Below are positions 7,587 to 15,313 of a DNA stretch of 28,162 bases, in pieces (position 1 is the stretch's first letter; every line of letters begins with the position of its first letter). The stretch covers positions 1-28,162 of IMG/VR virus record IMGVR_UViG_3300049924_000399. One strand, written 5' to 3'. Under the pieces are notes generated by a model. That model was not told the origin of the DNA and did not search any database. It was given only the letters and a program-made list of their open reading frames with translations. Source of the stretch: a virus (Duplodnaviria > Caudoviricetes). A program made the translations under genes and the position numbers.

Positions 7587-9473
7587 TCACTGCTCCTCTG
7601 CATATTTCTGGAACGCCGCCCAATCGACAAGCAAACACCGTTGCGGGCTGCCGTTGATCTTGATCATGCCGTGCTTGCGGTCGGCAATCACCACGCCAGA
7701 ACGCACCCCTTGCTTGAGGGCGATGTTCCAGCCGCCGCCTTCCCAGTCACTGCCCTGAAACAGCCGCGCCAGTTGCGGGCCGTTGGAAGGTACGGCCAGA
7801 AACGGACCATCACCAGGCTGGCCCAGCGAACCTTTCAGCTTGACGGAAAGGTTGACCATTTCCAGCTTCTTGCGCGCGCCCTCAGCGTCCAGCTTGTCGG
7901 CACTCAAAATGGCCGCCAAATCTTCCATCACACTTCCAACGCTTGGCTTTTCCCCCGTGCGCCAAGCGTCAATGGTGGAGGCCACCAAGCGGTTCAAACA
8001 TTTGTGCCAGTTGTCCAGCTGCTCCGAACGATCCGCCGCCGTGGCCTCAGTGATGACGCCGCGCAACTTGTCATGCTCAAACACCGGCAAGCCCACCTCA
8101 TTCATGGCCACCTCCCCCACCACCAGCTCACAGGCCGCCAGCAAGGTGCCATAGGTGTTAATGTCACGCGCCCGCAAACCATCTTCGGCCAGAATGTCCC
8201 ACCATTTTTGCTGCAAGCGGCCACTAAACTCCTGCCAGCCGTCCATCACTTGGCGCAGGATCATCCGGCCATCGGTGTCATTTTTGACCATGATTTTTTT
8301 GCCATTGCCCGCATTCATGCGGCTCAAATTCAACAGCGCCATGCGCGACCGATCCGCCGCCGTCATCTGGGGCGGGTTGATGGCCGAGAAGAAAAACGAC
8401 GAGCGCAGGGTGAAGCTCACGCCTTCATGGTCTGCCCCGCCGCGCGCCATGTCGCCGCCCGAATAAGCAATGCGGGCCAGGTCAATGATGCTTTGGTGTT
8501 GTGTCCGCCCCGGCTGGTTTTCGAGTTCATCCACCATCACCGGCATGGCGTCATGCTTCAGCTTTTGGTAAATGCCCGCCGCCGTGGTGTTGGCAAAGCT
8601 CAGCACCATGTTGTTGAGCACATTCTTCATCAGCTCATGCAACGTGGTCTTGCCCACACCGGCACCACCCACGGTGAACACCACGGGCCGCTGATCAAGC
8701 GCACCTGATTGATAGCAGGTCACCAGAAAGCCCAGCATCAGCAGCGGGTCCAAATAGGGCCGCTCCCAATTCCATGTGCACAGGTCTTTGAGAATGCGTT
8801 GCGCCGGGCTTTCCTCTTGCGTGACAGGTTCTTCCCACGGGGCAACGGTGAAGGGTTGCCGGGTGTAGAGATAGCCTTCCACCTCTTGCGGCAGCAGGCG
8901 TTCCAATTTGCGGTTGGTGCTGCGATAGAGAAACTTGCCCGAATGCCAGATAAAGTCACCGCTGTCCGTCTGCCAGCCACCACGCCCCCGGTGATGCTTG
9001 AACGGGTCGAACAACGGCTTTTTGGCGGCTTCATTGCCCAGGCAGGTGAACAGGCGTTGATGCTCGACGCGCTTCACCATGGCGGTTTCGGTCACTTCGC
9101 CAGTTTCCGCGTCTGATTTTTTCACCGGGCCAAAGGCGGGCCATGCCCAGAAAGCATAGTTGATAAAGGGTGAGAACAGCTTCACCACCGTGGCCTGGTT
9201 CCAGTCCTTGGAGGTGATACAGCGCAAATCTCCCAGTGCCGAGCGGCACCAGATATTGCCCTCACCGTCATTGCCAACCACATGCACCGGGCAATCGGGT
9301 GGCATGGCATCATGGGGTGCACCCTGCCACTGGCCGGGCTTTATGCCATTGCGGGCCAAGTTCGGGTCAGGGTCTGCCACCGTCGCCTGAGACAAGTCAT
9401 CATGCAGCCCCCGCGCGTCCTTCCACAGGGCACGGATTGCGCGAGAGCCAGTTTGTGTTGCTGCTTTGGCCAA
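7587..9473 (-). CDS. P-loop NTPase, probable replicative helicase paired with the primase
   Basis: Walker A GGAGVGKTT, Walker B MVDELE, RGG and SAINPP...ADRSR segments; in operon with Toprim primase. Confidence 0.75.
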   Translation of the reverse strand: MAKAATQTGSRAIRALWKDARGLHDDLSQATVADPDPNLARNGIKPGQWQGAPHDAMPPDCPVHVVGNDGEGNIWCRSALGDLRCITSKDWNQATVVKLFSPFINYAFWAWPAFGPVKKSDAETGEVTETAMVKRVEHQRLFTCLGNEAAKKPLFDPFKHHRGRGGWQTDSGDFIWHSGKFLYRSTNRKLERLLPQEVEGYLYTRQPFTVAPWEEPVTQEESPAQRILKDLCTWNWERPYLDPLLMLGFLVTCYQSGALDQRPVVFTVGGAGVGKTTLHELMKNVLNNMVLSFANTTAAGIYQKLKHDAMPVMVDELENQPGRTQHQSIIDLARIAYSGGDMARGGADHEGVSFTLRSSFFFSAINPPQMTAADRSRMALLNLSRMNAGNGKKIMVKNDTDGRMILRQVMDGWQEFSGRLQQKWWDILAEDGLRARDINTYGTLLAACELVVGEVAMNEVGLPVFEHDKLRGVITEATAADRSEQLDNWHKCLNRLVASTIDAWRTGEKPSVGSVMEDLAAILSADKLDAEGARKKLEMVNLSVKLKGSLGQPGDGPFLAVPSNGPQLARLFQGSDWEGGGWNIALKQGVRSGVVIADRKHGMIKINGSPQRCLLVDWAAFQKYAEEQ

Positions 9474-9479
9474 TTGCGT

Positions 9480-10115
9480 TTATCGGGCCTTGCCAAGGTC
9501 AGACAGCGCATCAAAAGGCCCTTCCTCGATTTCAAACGGCGTGTCGGTCAGATCCAGCTTTTGTGGTGGCCGCGCCAAATAGCGGGCTTGTTCATCGGCG
9601 GTGATTTTAGCCTGCACGTCCTGGCCTTCAATGGCATGCCAGCCCACAACATAGGCGCGGAACAGTGTCAGCGCCAAATGCACCCGGCGTTGGTCTGCAT
9701 TGGGCAGCACCACCGCGCGCGTGCGCATCTTGACTTCAATCAGCGCCGCCTCCACCGGTGCATCGGGGTTGGCCAGCATGAAATTGGCCATGCGGAAGGG
9801 AATATCACCCCAGTCCGTCAAGAAATCTGCACCCGTGTGCATGAAGGCCATGGTCAGGCAGAAATTCCATTCTTCTTCGTAGATCGGAAAGCCTTCATGC
9901 TCCGCCAGCTGGGCAGCGTCTTCAGGTGTTGGCGCTTCGGGCGGCGCGCCCGGCCGGGTGCCATCATCCGGCAGGGGCGCTTCGGGCGGCACTTCCGGCC
10001 TGGTGCCATCATCCTGCATCGGCGCTTCGGCCTTGTCCTGTAGCTTCTCGGCCACCGCTTCAGCCATTCCCGGTGCAGCATTCACAGTCACCTGTGTGTG
10101 TTTATTCTTTCCCAT
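9480..10115 (-). CDS. Hypothetical protein with Pro/acidic N-terminal repeat
   Basis: 211 aa tightly packed between primase and helicase genes. Confidence 0.7.
   Translation of the reverse strand: MGKNKHTQVTVNAAPGMAEAVAEKLQDKAEAPMQDDGTRPEVPPEAPLPDDGTRPGAPPEAPTPEDAAQLAEHEGFPIYEEEWNFCLTMAFMHTGADFLTDWGDIPFRMANFMLANPDAPVEAALIEVKMRTRAVVLPNADQRRVHLALTLFRAYVVGWHAIEGQDVQAKITADEQARYLARPPQKLDLTDTPFEIEEGPFDALSDLGKAR
9931..10030. repeat. 45-bp in-frame tandem repeat (about 2.2 copies)
   Basis: GGCGCTTCGG recurs at 9931, 9976, 10021; encodes EAPxxDDGTRPxxPP. Confidence 0.85.
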
Positions 10116-10119
10116 CGTC

Positions 10120-11271
10120 TCAGTCCTTTCCAGTCATCAAGTCGTTGAAGTCGTCGCCCACATGGCTGTTGATCACCACCAAGGGTTTGTTGTGGTCCTC
10201 AAGGGCGATCAGGGCCGCATCCAGTTGCTTTTGCGCCTGGGCATTGCCATGATTGTTATCGCGCGCCACCGTCACATCAGACACGCAAGAAAGTTGAATG
10301 GGCGCATGCCCCATGCCGGACAGTGAACCTGCCGCCCACACGCGCGCTTCCGGCACGGCAGCAGCCAATGACAAGGCGGTTTCAATGCCCTCACACAAAA
10401 TCAAAGGGTGAGGTTCCGTGCAGCGCCAGAAGTCGAGCGCTGACGGGCCGTGACTGACTTCAATCACGCTGCCCATGGCTTCGCCAAACATCAGCTTGGG
10501 CGGGTCCACCGGGGCCTTTTGCGGCAACACCGGATCAAGGAAGGTGACGTGGCAACAGGTCAGTGCGCCAGAGAGCGACCGCATGGCCGAATGCACAGCC
10601 GGAAACAGCGGGCCGGAAGCCGTTTTGCGATTGCCGCCATTGTTGCGGGTGTAAACCGCACCCTTCCACCACTCGGTTTCGGCCGAGAAGCGGAAGCTGC
10701 GTAAAGACAGGTTTTCAATGGCTTCAAGCGCGCACCCCCGCGCCTTGAAATAAGCCCGTGCATGGGCTTCAGGGCCTGAACCGCCATTGAGCGCAAAGGT
10801 GCCAGCCTCAAACAACTCCAAGGCCCGCGCCAGTTTGCGCGCCCGCCGTGCCGCCTCGTCTTTTTCGGCATGGGCCTTGCGCTGCTCAATTTCCTTTTTG
10901 AAGTCGAGGCGCTGCTGGTAACTCATTTCCTGCAAGCCCAGAAAGTCACGCGCCCACACCAAGGCCGCTTTGAAGTCGCAGCCTTGGGTAAATTCGACAA
11001 GCTTCAGCACATCGCCCTTGTCGCCGGAGCGCCAGTCTTTCCACGCGCCCTTGTTGCCGGTCAGCGCCACTTTGAGCGCCGGTGATTTGCGCGCCTCATC
11101 GAAGTGTGGATTATTGGCCACCCACTCATTGCCCTCACGCCGCCCACGCGGCAGGCAGCGTTGCGCCACCTCCACAATGCGGGCTTTCAGGCCCTCTTTG
11201 ATTTCATCCAATTCCCGCATTTTGCTGTTTGCATAAGTGCGGGCAGCCGCTTCGTCTCTTTCATTGCGCAT
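10120..11271 (-). CDS. Toprim-domain DNA primase
   Basis: N-terminal GRREGNEW...G.WKDW.SGDKGD...F..A..W; C-terminal LCEGIETALS, RDNN, DFND. Confidence 0.85.
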   Translation of the reverse strand: MRNERDEAAARTYANSKMRELDEIKEGLKARIVEVAQRCLPRGRREGNEWVANNPHFDEARKSPALKVALTGNKGAWKDWRSGDKGDVLKLVEFTQGCDFKAALVWARDFLGLQEMSYQQRLDFKKEIEQRKAHAEKDEAARRARKLARALELFEAGTFALNGGSGPEAHARAYFKARGCALEAIENLSLRSFRFSAETEWWKGAVYTRNNGGNRKTASGPLFPAVHSAMRSLSGALTCCHVTFLDPVLPQKAPVDPPKLMFGEAMGSVIEVSHGPSALDFWRCTEPHPLILCEGIETALSLAAAVPEARVWAAGSLSGMGHAPIQLSCVSDVTVARDNNHGNAQAQKQLDAALIALEDHNKPLVVINSHVGDDFNDLMTGKD

Positions 11272-11793
11272 TCACTCGCCCCCCAGCAGATGGCGTTCCA
11301 GCCGCGTGATGATGGCATCAAAGTCTGGCTCATCGCGCTTCAGCTCAATTTCCGGCATCGAGGCCGACACGGCAGCCTTGGTCACCCCTTCGGCACGGCC
11401 CACATCAGCCATGGAAAACCCCAGCGTCACATTCATCAAATAGCGCGCAATCCAGCGGGCAAAGGCGGCATTGCGCCAGTCACTGTTGCCGGAATGACGT
11501 TTTGACGGTTCACTGTTCTGGGCAAACACCGGGTCGACACCAATTTCCAGCGCTGCCAGCACCAGCAAGGAGCGGAACAAGGCATTATGCGCCTGGTCAC
11601 CGTCCATTTGCCGCGCCTTGATCCGCGAGAGCGCCAGCCGCAGCTGCCCCACTGAACGCGCCGTCACCTGCCGGGCCCCCGACTTCATTTCAAACAGCTG
11701 AACATGGTGCATGCCCGCCACGCGGGCCAGCTTCGACACGGTAAACCCTTCCGGCAATTTCAGGATCAGTGCTTCAATAATTGAATTGCTCAT
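11272..11793 (-). CDS. Two-HTH DNA-binding protein; C-terminus resembles DnaA domain IV
   Basis: N-terminal VSKLARVAGMHHVQL HTH; C-terminal ARWIARYLM...FSMADVGRAEGVTKAAVS. Confidence 0.55.
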   Translation of the reverse strand: MSNSIIEALILKLPEGFTVSKLARVAGMHHVQLFEMKSGARQVTARSVGQLRLALSRIKARQMDGDQAHNALFRSLLVLAALEIGVDPVFAQNSEPSKRHSGNSDWRNAAFARWIARYLMNVTLGFSMADVGRAEGVTKAAVSASMPEIELKRDEPDFDAIITRLERHLLGGE

Positions 11794-11858
11794 CGTGCCC
11801 GCGCAAAACTGGTGAGAAAACATGACAACGCACACACGACAAACCGGAGAGGGAGACT

Positions 11859-12080
11859 TTATTTCTGGAAGTATTTTTCGTTGGCCGGTGCTGGTGCCGA
11901 CTTGGCCCCACCCAACACCGCCAGACAGTCAGACAGCTGGTGGATCAGCCGGGCCGTGCCCACAAGATCAAGGCTCTTTTCCACTTGGCCCCCATCGGGC
12001 AGCTGCATCTTGATCACCGCCACAGAATTGTCCGCCGACAGATGCGCAAAGGCCACCTTGCTTTGCAGGGCGTCCGTCAT
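11859..12080 (-). CDS. Hypothetical protein
   Basis: ATGA-coupled to upstream ORF at 12077-12080. Confidence 0.55.
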   Translation of the reverse strand: MTDALQSKVAFAHLSADNSVAVIKMQLPDGGQVEKSLDLVGTARLIHQLSDCLAVLGGAKSAPAPANEKYFQK

Positions 12081-12286
12081 GGCGAAGCTTTCGGCAGGCA
12101 CAGCCCCGCCAGTTTCAAGAACATGATTTCGCGGAAGGCGATGCGCCCTTCACGGGTGGAAGCACCCCACAGCCTGTTCAAGGCCAGCACCTTGTCTTCA
12201 CGCGCCAGACTTTTACTGGCCACAATGCGTTCAACTTCCGCATCCAGCAGATGCACCTCATGGGCAATGGTCGCGGCGTCTTTCAT
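12077..12286 (-). CDS. Hypothetical protein
   Basis: 69 aa in the early operon downstream of the cro-like gene. Confidence 0.55.
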   Translation of the reverse strand: MKDAATIAHEVHLLDAEVERIVASKSLAREDKVLALNRLWGASTREGRIAFREIMFLKLAGLCLPKASP

Positions 12287-12437
12287 AACGCGCCTTCTTG
12301 TCGCAAAGTTTGCCGTCTCTCCGTGCTGTCACGCCCTAGGTGTCGTGCTATTGCTCGGGAGCCCGCTAAACCGTCGACGGTGCAGATTTGACCCTCACAC
12401 TGAGAACAGGACGTGTTCTCGCTGCCTCTGAAATATT

Positions 12438-12674
12438 TCATGCCACTCTCCCCAAATGTTCACGCAACCGCGTTTCTTCCGCCACGATCACAGCACTCAC
12501 AGCTTCAATGGTTTTCTGTTCAAAATTGCCCTCGCGCCGCAGGCCACGGCTGATGGTGCCGTGGGAAATGCCAGCGCGCTTGGCCACTTCATGCTGCGAC
12601 AGGCCCAGCGCCTTCATGCGCTGCAACCATTCCGCAGGGTGAATAAACTTGATCGGGTTGTCATTCTCGTGCAT
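12438..12674 (-). CDS. Cro-like XRE HTH regulator
   Basis: MKALGLSQHEVAKRAGISHGTISRG HTH; divergent from repressor. Confidence 0.8.
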   Translation of the reverse strand: MHENDNPIKFIHPAEWLQRMKALGLSQHEVAKRAGISHGTISRGLRREGNFEQKTIEAVSAVIVAEETRLREHLGRVA

Positions 12675-12728
12675 ATAAACACGGTTAGTGTGATTTGGTG
12701 AGTAGCGTCAAGCGTGCATATAGAAATT
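12668..12728. promoter_or_regulatory. Switch region: two CGTGCATATA operator-like sites flanking a - strand TTGACG (-35 at 12706-12711)
   Basis: CGTGCATATAAACACG (12668-12683, dyad) and CGTGCATATAG (12713); same 10-mer at 13652. Confidence 0.6.
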
Positions 12729-12785
12729 GCCCACAGGCCCTTTGCGGCGCACAGGTTGGCGCGACCCCATCCGCAAGCGCCCACC

Positions 12786-13428
12786 ATGCAAGAACCACCC
12801 ACCCCACCGCTGAAAGCCGCCGCTGCCATTGACGCCAGAACTTTGGCTTTCCGTGAGTGGATTGCCGCAATCTTGGAACGCCAGGGCATTACCCGCACCG
12901 AATTGGCCAGGCGCGCCCACCTCTCCCACAGCCTGTTGAGCCGCGCCACGACCGACGACAGCCACCGCATCAACTTCCGCGCCGACACCATTGCCAAGCT
13001 CACGGAAGTGGGTGGCGTGGCCCCGCCTGCCATTCTCTCGCCCAACCAGCCCCAGCCGCTGCGCCACGGGCGGCAGGACGGCATGGCCGAACCCCGAAGC
13101 CGTGGCCTATGTCGGCCCCCAGGACGAGGCCTTATCCCCCAACCACAGCATCTGGACGGCCAAATCCAGCAGTTTGCAGGCCATGGGCCTGATGCCGGGC
13201 GACCGCTTTATTCTCGACCAGGGCGAACCCCCGCGCAACCGCGACATGATTGTGGTGCAGAAATATGACCACCAGACCGGCACAGCCGAAACCCTGCTCA
13301 GGCTCTATGTCGACGGCTTTGCCGTGACACCCATGCACCTCATCGACAACGACCCGCGCATCTGGCTCGACGGCAACAACGCCGCCTGCATGGGCGTCAT
13401 CATCAAAAGCTGGCGCACCCGCAGTTGA
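12786..13428 (+). pseudogene. CI-like repressor (XRE HTH + S24-like C-terminal domain) split by a 1-bp frameshift at 13092-13095
   Basis: HTH GITRTELARRAHLSHSLLSR in one frame; SSSLQAMGLMPGD..ILD in another; deleting one C joins them as GMAEPEAVAY (about 213 aa). Confidence 0.8.
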
Positions 13429-13479
13429 CATTTGTGAACGACACGCCACCACCCCGGCCACCGGCAAAACCCGCCCTTT

Positions 13480-13593
13480 GATTTGACAATAGTTGTAACA
13501 GCCCACAGCCACATGCGGCAGCGGCGATTTGACAATAGTTGTAACAGCCGCACACCACAGCCTTGAATGGCGATTTGACAATAGTTGTAACAG
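13480..13593. repeat. Three identical 22-bp repeats GATTTGACAATAGTTGTAACAG with 24-bp spacers
   Basis: Starts at 13480, 13526, 13572; exact 46-bp period. Confidence 0.95.
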
Positions 13594-13641
13594 TGCTTCT
13601 CCACTGCCGTGCTTCACGTGAAACTATTTACACAGTCCGTG

Positions 13642-13671
13642 TTGACAAAGCCGTGCATATAAGCACATAGT
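13642..13671 (+). promoter_or_regulatory. Sigma70-like early promoter with operator in its spacer
   Basis: TTGACA-N18-CATAGT; CGTGCATATAAGCAC dyad at 13652-13666. Confidence 0.6.
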
Positions 13672-13703
13672 CGCCCCAACTGATTTGCACCCCGCAAATC
13701 CCC

Positions 13704-13934
13704 ATGGAGGATGATGTGACCCGCGAACAACGCCTGTTTTCCGCCGCCCAGATGTTTCTGGAATTGGCACCCAATGGCAAAGACATTGCAGACTATGAGA
13801 GCGGCACTTGTCGCGCAAAACCGGAATACCTGCGGTCGCTGCTTCATGCCGCCGAAGACCTGCGCGAGGCCCTTGCCGCCTATGAAGGCCAAGCCGTCAC
13901 CATCAGGCCAGCCCATGAGGGCCGCTTGGGATGA
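13704..13934 (+). CDS. Hypothetical early protein
   Basis: First ORF of an overlapping operon (GTG 13716 after GGAGG is an alternative start). Confidence 0.6.
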   Translation: MEDDVTREQRLFSAAQMFLELAPNGKDIADYESGTCRAKPEYLRSLLHAAEDLREALAAYEGQAVTIRPAHEGRLG

Positions 13935-14152
13935 TCATATCTGTTGCCATCAATGCCAAGAAGCCAAGCCCCTGCAAAGCCGCCACGGCGGCGGAACTGG
14001 CAGCCCTTCCGGTGCGCATGCACTTTGAAACCAAGCGCGGCCATTTGGCCAGCCTCACCATGGCGGCATCACGCCACAAGATGAAGCGGTCAGAATTCAT
14101 CCGCCATCTATTGAACACCCACCCCTTGATGCAGGAGCAGCCACCATGCTGA
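13931..14152 (+). CDS. Small protein, possible ribbon-helix-helix DNA binder
   Basis: ATGA-coupled; VRMHF...ASRHKMKRSEFIRHLL is CopG-like. Confidence 0.5.
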   Translation: MIISVAINAKKPSPCKAATAAELAALPVRMHFETKRGHLASLTMAASRHKMKRSEFIRHLLNTHPLMQEQPPC

Positions 14153-14403
14153 TTGCAACCCTTGTGAATGTGGAAGGTGAACGCGCCGAAGTCACGGTGG
14201 AAAGCTGGCGCTCAAACGTTCCGCCCTATTCACTGCTGAAAGACAACCGCCAATTCATCATCGACCCGCGCGACTGGGTGGATGGTGCCATCTGCACCGC
14301 CACCTACAACGAACTCGGCCCCAACCGCGCCATCAACATCAGCGGCTTGCCACTCAAACCCCTCACACTCACGAAGACGGAAGAAGAGGAACAAGCAGCA
14401 TGA
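14146..14403 (+). CDS. Hypothetical protein
   Basis: AGGAG RBS; overlaps both neighbours. Confidence 0.6.
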   Translation: MLIATLVNVEGERAEVTVESWRSNVPPYSLLKDNRQFIIDPRDWVDGAICTATYNELGPNRAINISGLPLKPLTLTKTEEEEQAA

Positions 14404-14687
14404 GCAATTCAACCGGCAGCTACCGATCGACAACCGCCAACCATATGAAGGCATATGACAACTTGCCACCATCCATGCGGAAAGTGATGGCGAACTGCAA
14501 TTTTGACTGGGCTACGCAACCATGGCTGACCTATTGGAAAAAGGGCCGGTACAAGACAGGCCCCGAAATGGCGGTAGCGCTCAAAAAACTTGACGCCGAT
14601 ACCACCAAAATGCAGTTGCGCAAAGTTTGGGGCGCAGATTACCCAGGCGCACTCCCCGTACACAGCAGACGAAGGGTGCGGCAATGA
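14400..14687 (+). CDS. Hypothetical protein (DUF6525-like)
   Basis: MKAYDNLPPSMR.V...DW motif; ATGA coupling at both ends. Confidence 0.55.
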   Translation: MSNSTGSYRSTTANHMKAYDNLPPSMRKVMANCNFDWATQPWLTYWKKGRYKTGPEMAVALKKLDADTTKMQLRKVWGADYPGALPVHSRRRVRQ

Positions 14688-14956
14688 CCACCAGCCAACT
14701 CACCTACACCAAGGCCGAATTGCAGGCGGCGCTGCACATCAAGTGTCGCGGCACCTTTGCCAAGCGGCTGGCCCTGCTGGAAGCGGAAGGCTTTCCCAAG
14801 CGCCTGCCCCAAACCAACGGCCACAAGGCCCTGTGGAGCAAGCCCGCCGTGGACCAATGGTTCATGGATTGGGGCACGACCCACACCACATCACCCACCG
14901 CAGACAGCATGAACGCCCTGCGCAACCACTACGAGGAACGCCATGTCAGGAATTGA
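14684..14956 (+). CDS. Excisionase-like (AlpA/MerR-type HTH) protein
   Basis: YTKAELQAAL...RGTF...EGFPKRLP...WSKPAVDQWF upstream of integrase. Confidence 0.7.
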   Translation: MTTSQLTYTKAELQAALHIKCRGTFAKRLALLEAEGFPKRLPQTNGHKALWSKPAVDQWFMDWGTTHTTSPTADSMNALRNHYEERHVRN

Positions 14957-15143
14957 AGCAAAGCCTATGTCAGTTCACACCTCAAACCCAAACAGAGACG
15001 ATTATTGGACGTGCCCTGCTTGCTACCACGACCTTGGCGACGTTGGCACTGGACAGCATGAATGCCCGAAATGCAAGCGCACCATAGATTGCACAATCGA
15101 ACGCGAACCTGCGTGTCATTCACGAATTCACACCGAAGAATAA
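14943..15143 (+). CDS. Small zinc-ribbon protein
   Basis: CPAC and CPKC pairs in 66 aa; GAGGA RBS. Confidence 0.65.
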   Translation: MSGIEAKPMSVHTSNPNRDDYWTCPACYHDLGDVGTGQHECPKCKRTIDCTIEREPACHSRIHTEE

Positions 15144-15227
15144 CCATGACCCCCATCGCCACCACACCCAAAAAAGTCCGGCTGTCTCCTCCCCAACCGC
15201 TGACTGTTCTACCCCGTGGTGGCCACA

Positions 15228-15310
15228 CTTCCCCTGTTGCCGTTGATTGCGTATCTTCGCGGCAACAGGGGAAGGCCTTAGGCGCATTTTCCCCAAAAGG
15301 GGAAAAGCGT
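15228..15310 (+). promoter_or_regulatory. Structured integrase leader (two hairpins)
   Basis: Perfect 15-bp inverted repeat 15228-15242/15260-15274, and TTTTCCCC-AAAA-GGGGAAAA at 15287-15306 just before ATG 15314. Confidence 0.6.
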
Positions 15311-15313
15311 GAC

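Noticed and set aside
96-9604. Long + strand ORFs opposite portal, terminase and helicase (e.g. 96-1109, 2992-4065, 7641-8708)
   Set aside because: Antisense shadow frames expected in GC-rich coding DNA; no recognisable motifs
13480-13593. Bona fide CRISPR-Cas or TIGR-Tas locus
   Set aside because: No cas or Nop-domain gene in the window, only two short spacers that share an 8-mer; kept as an unexplained repeat array
13132-13617. Minus-strand ORFs with repeated CYNYCQI or LLQLLSN peptides
   Set aside because: Artefacts of translating the 46-bp repeat in shifting frames; they overlap the repressor
15062-15313. 506-aa integrase starting at 15062
   Set aside because: The extension overlaps the zinc-ribbon gene and the hairpin leader; similarity to the paralogous domain begins near ATG 15314
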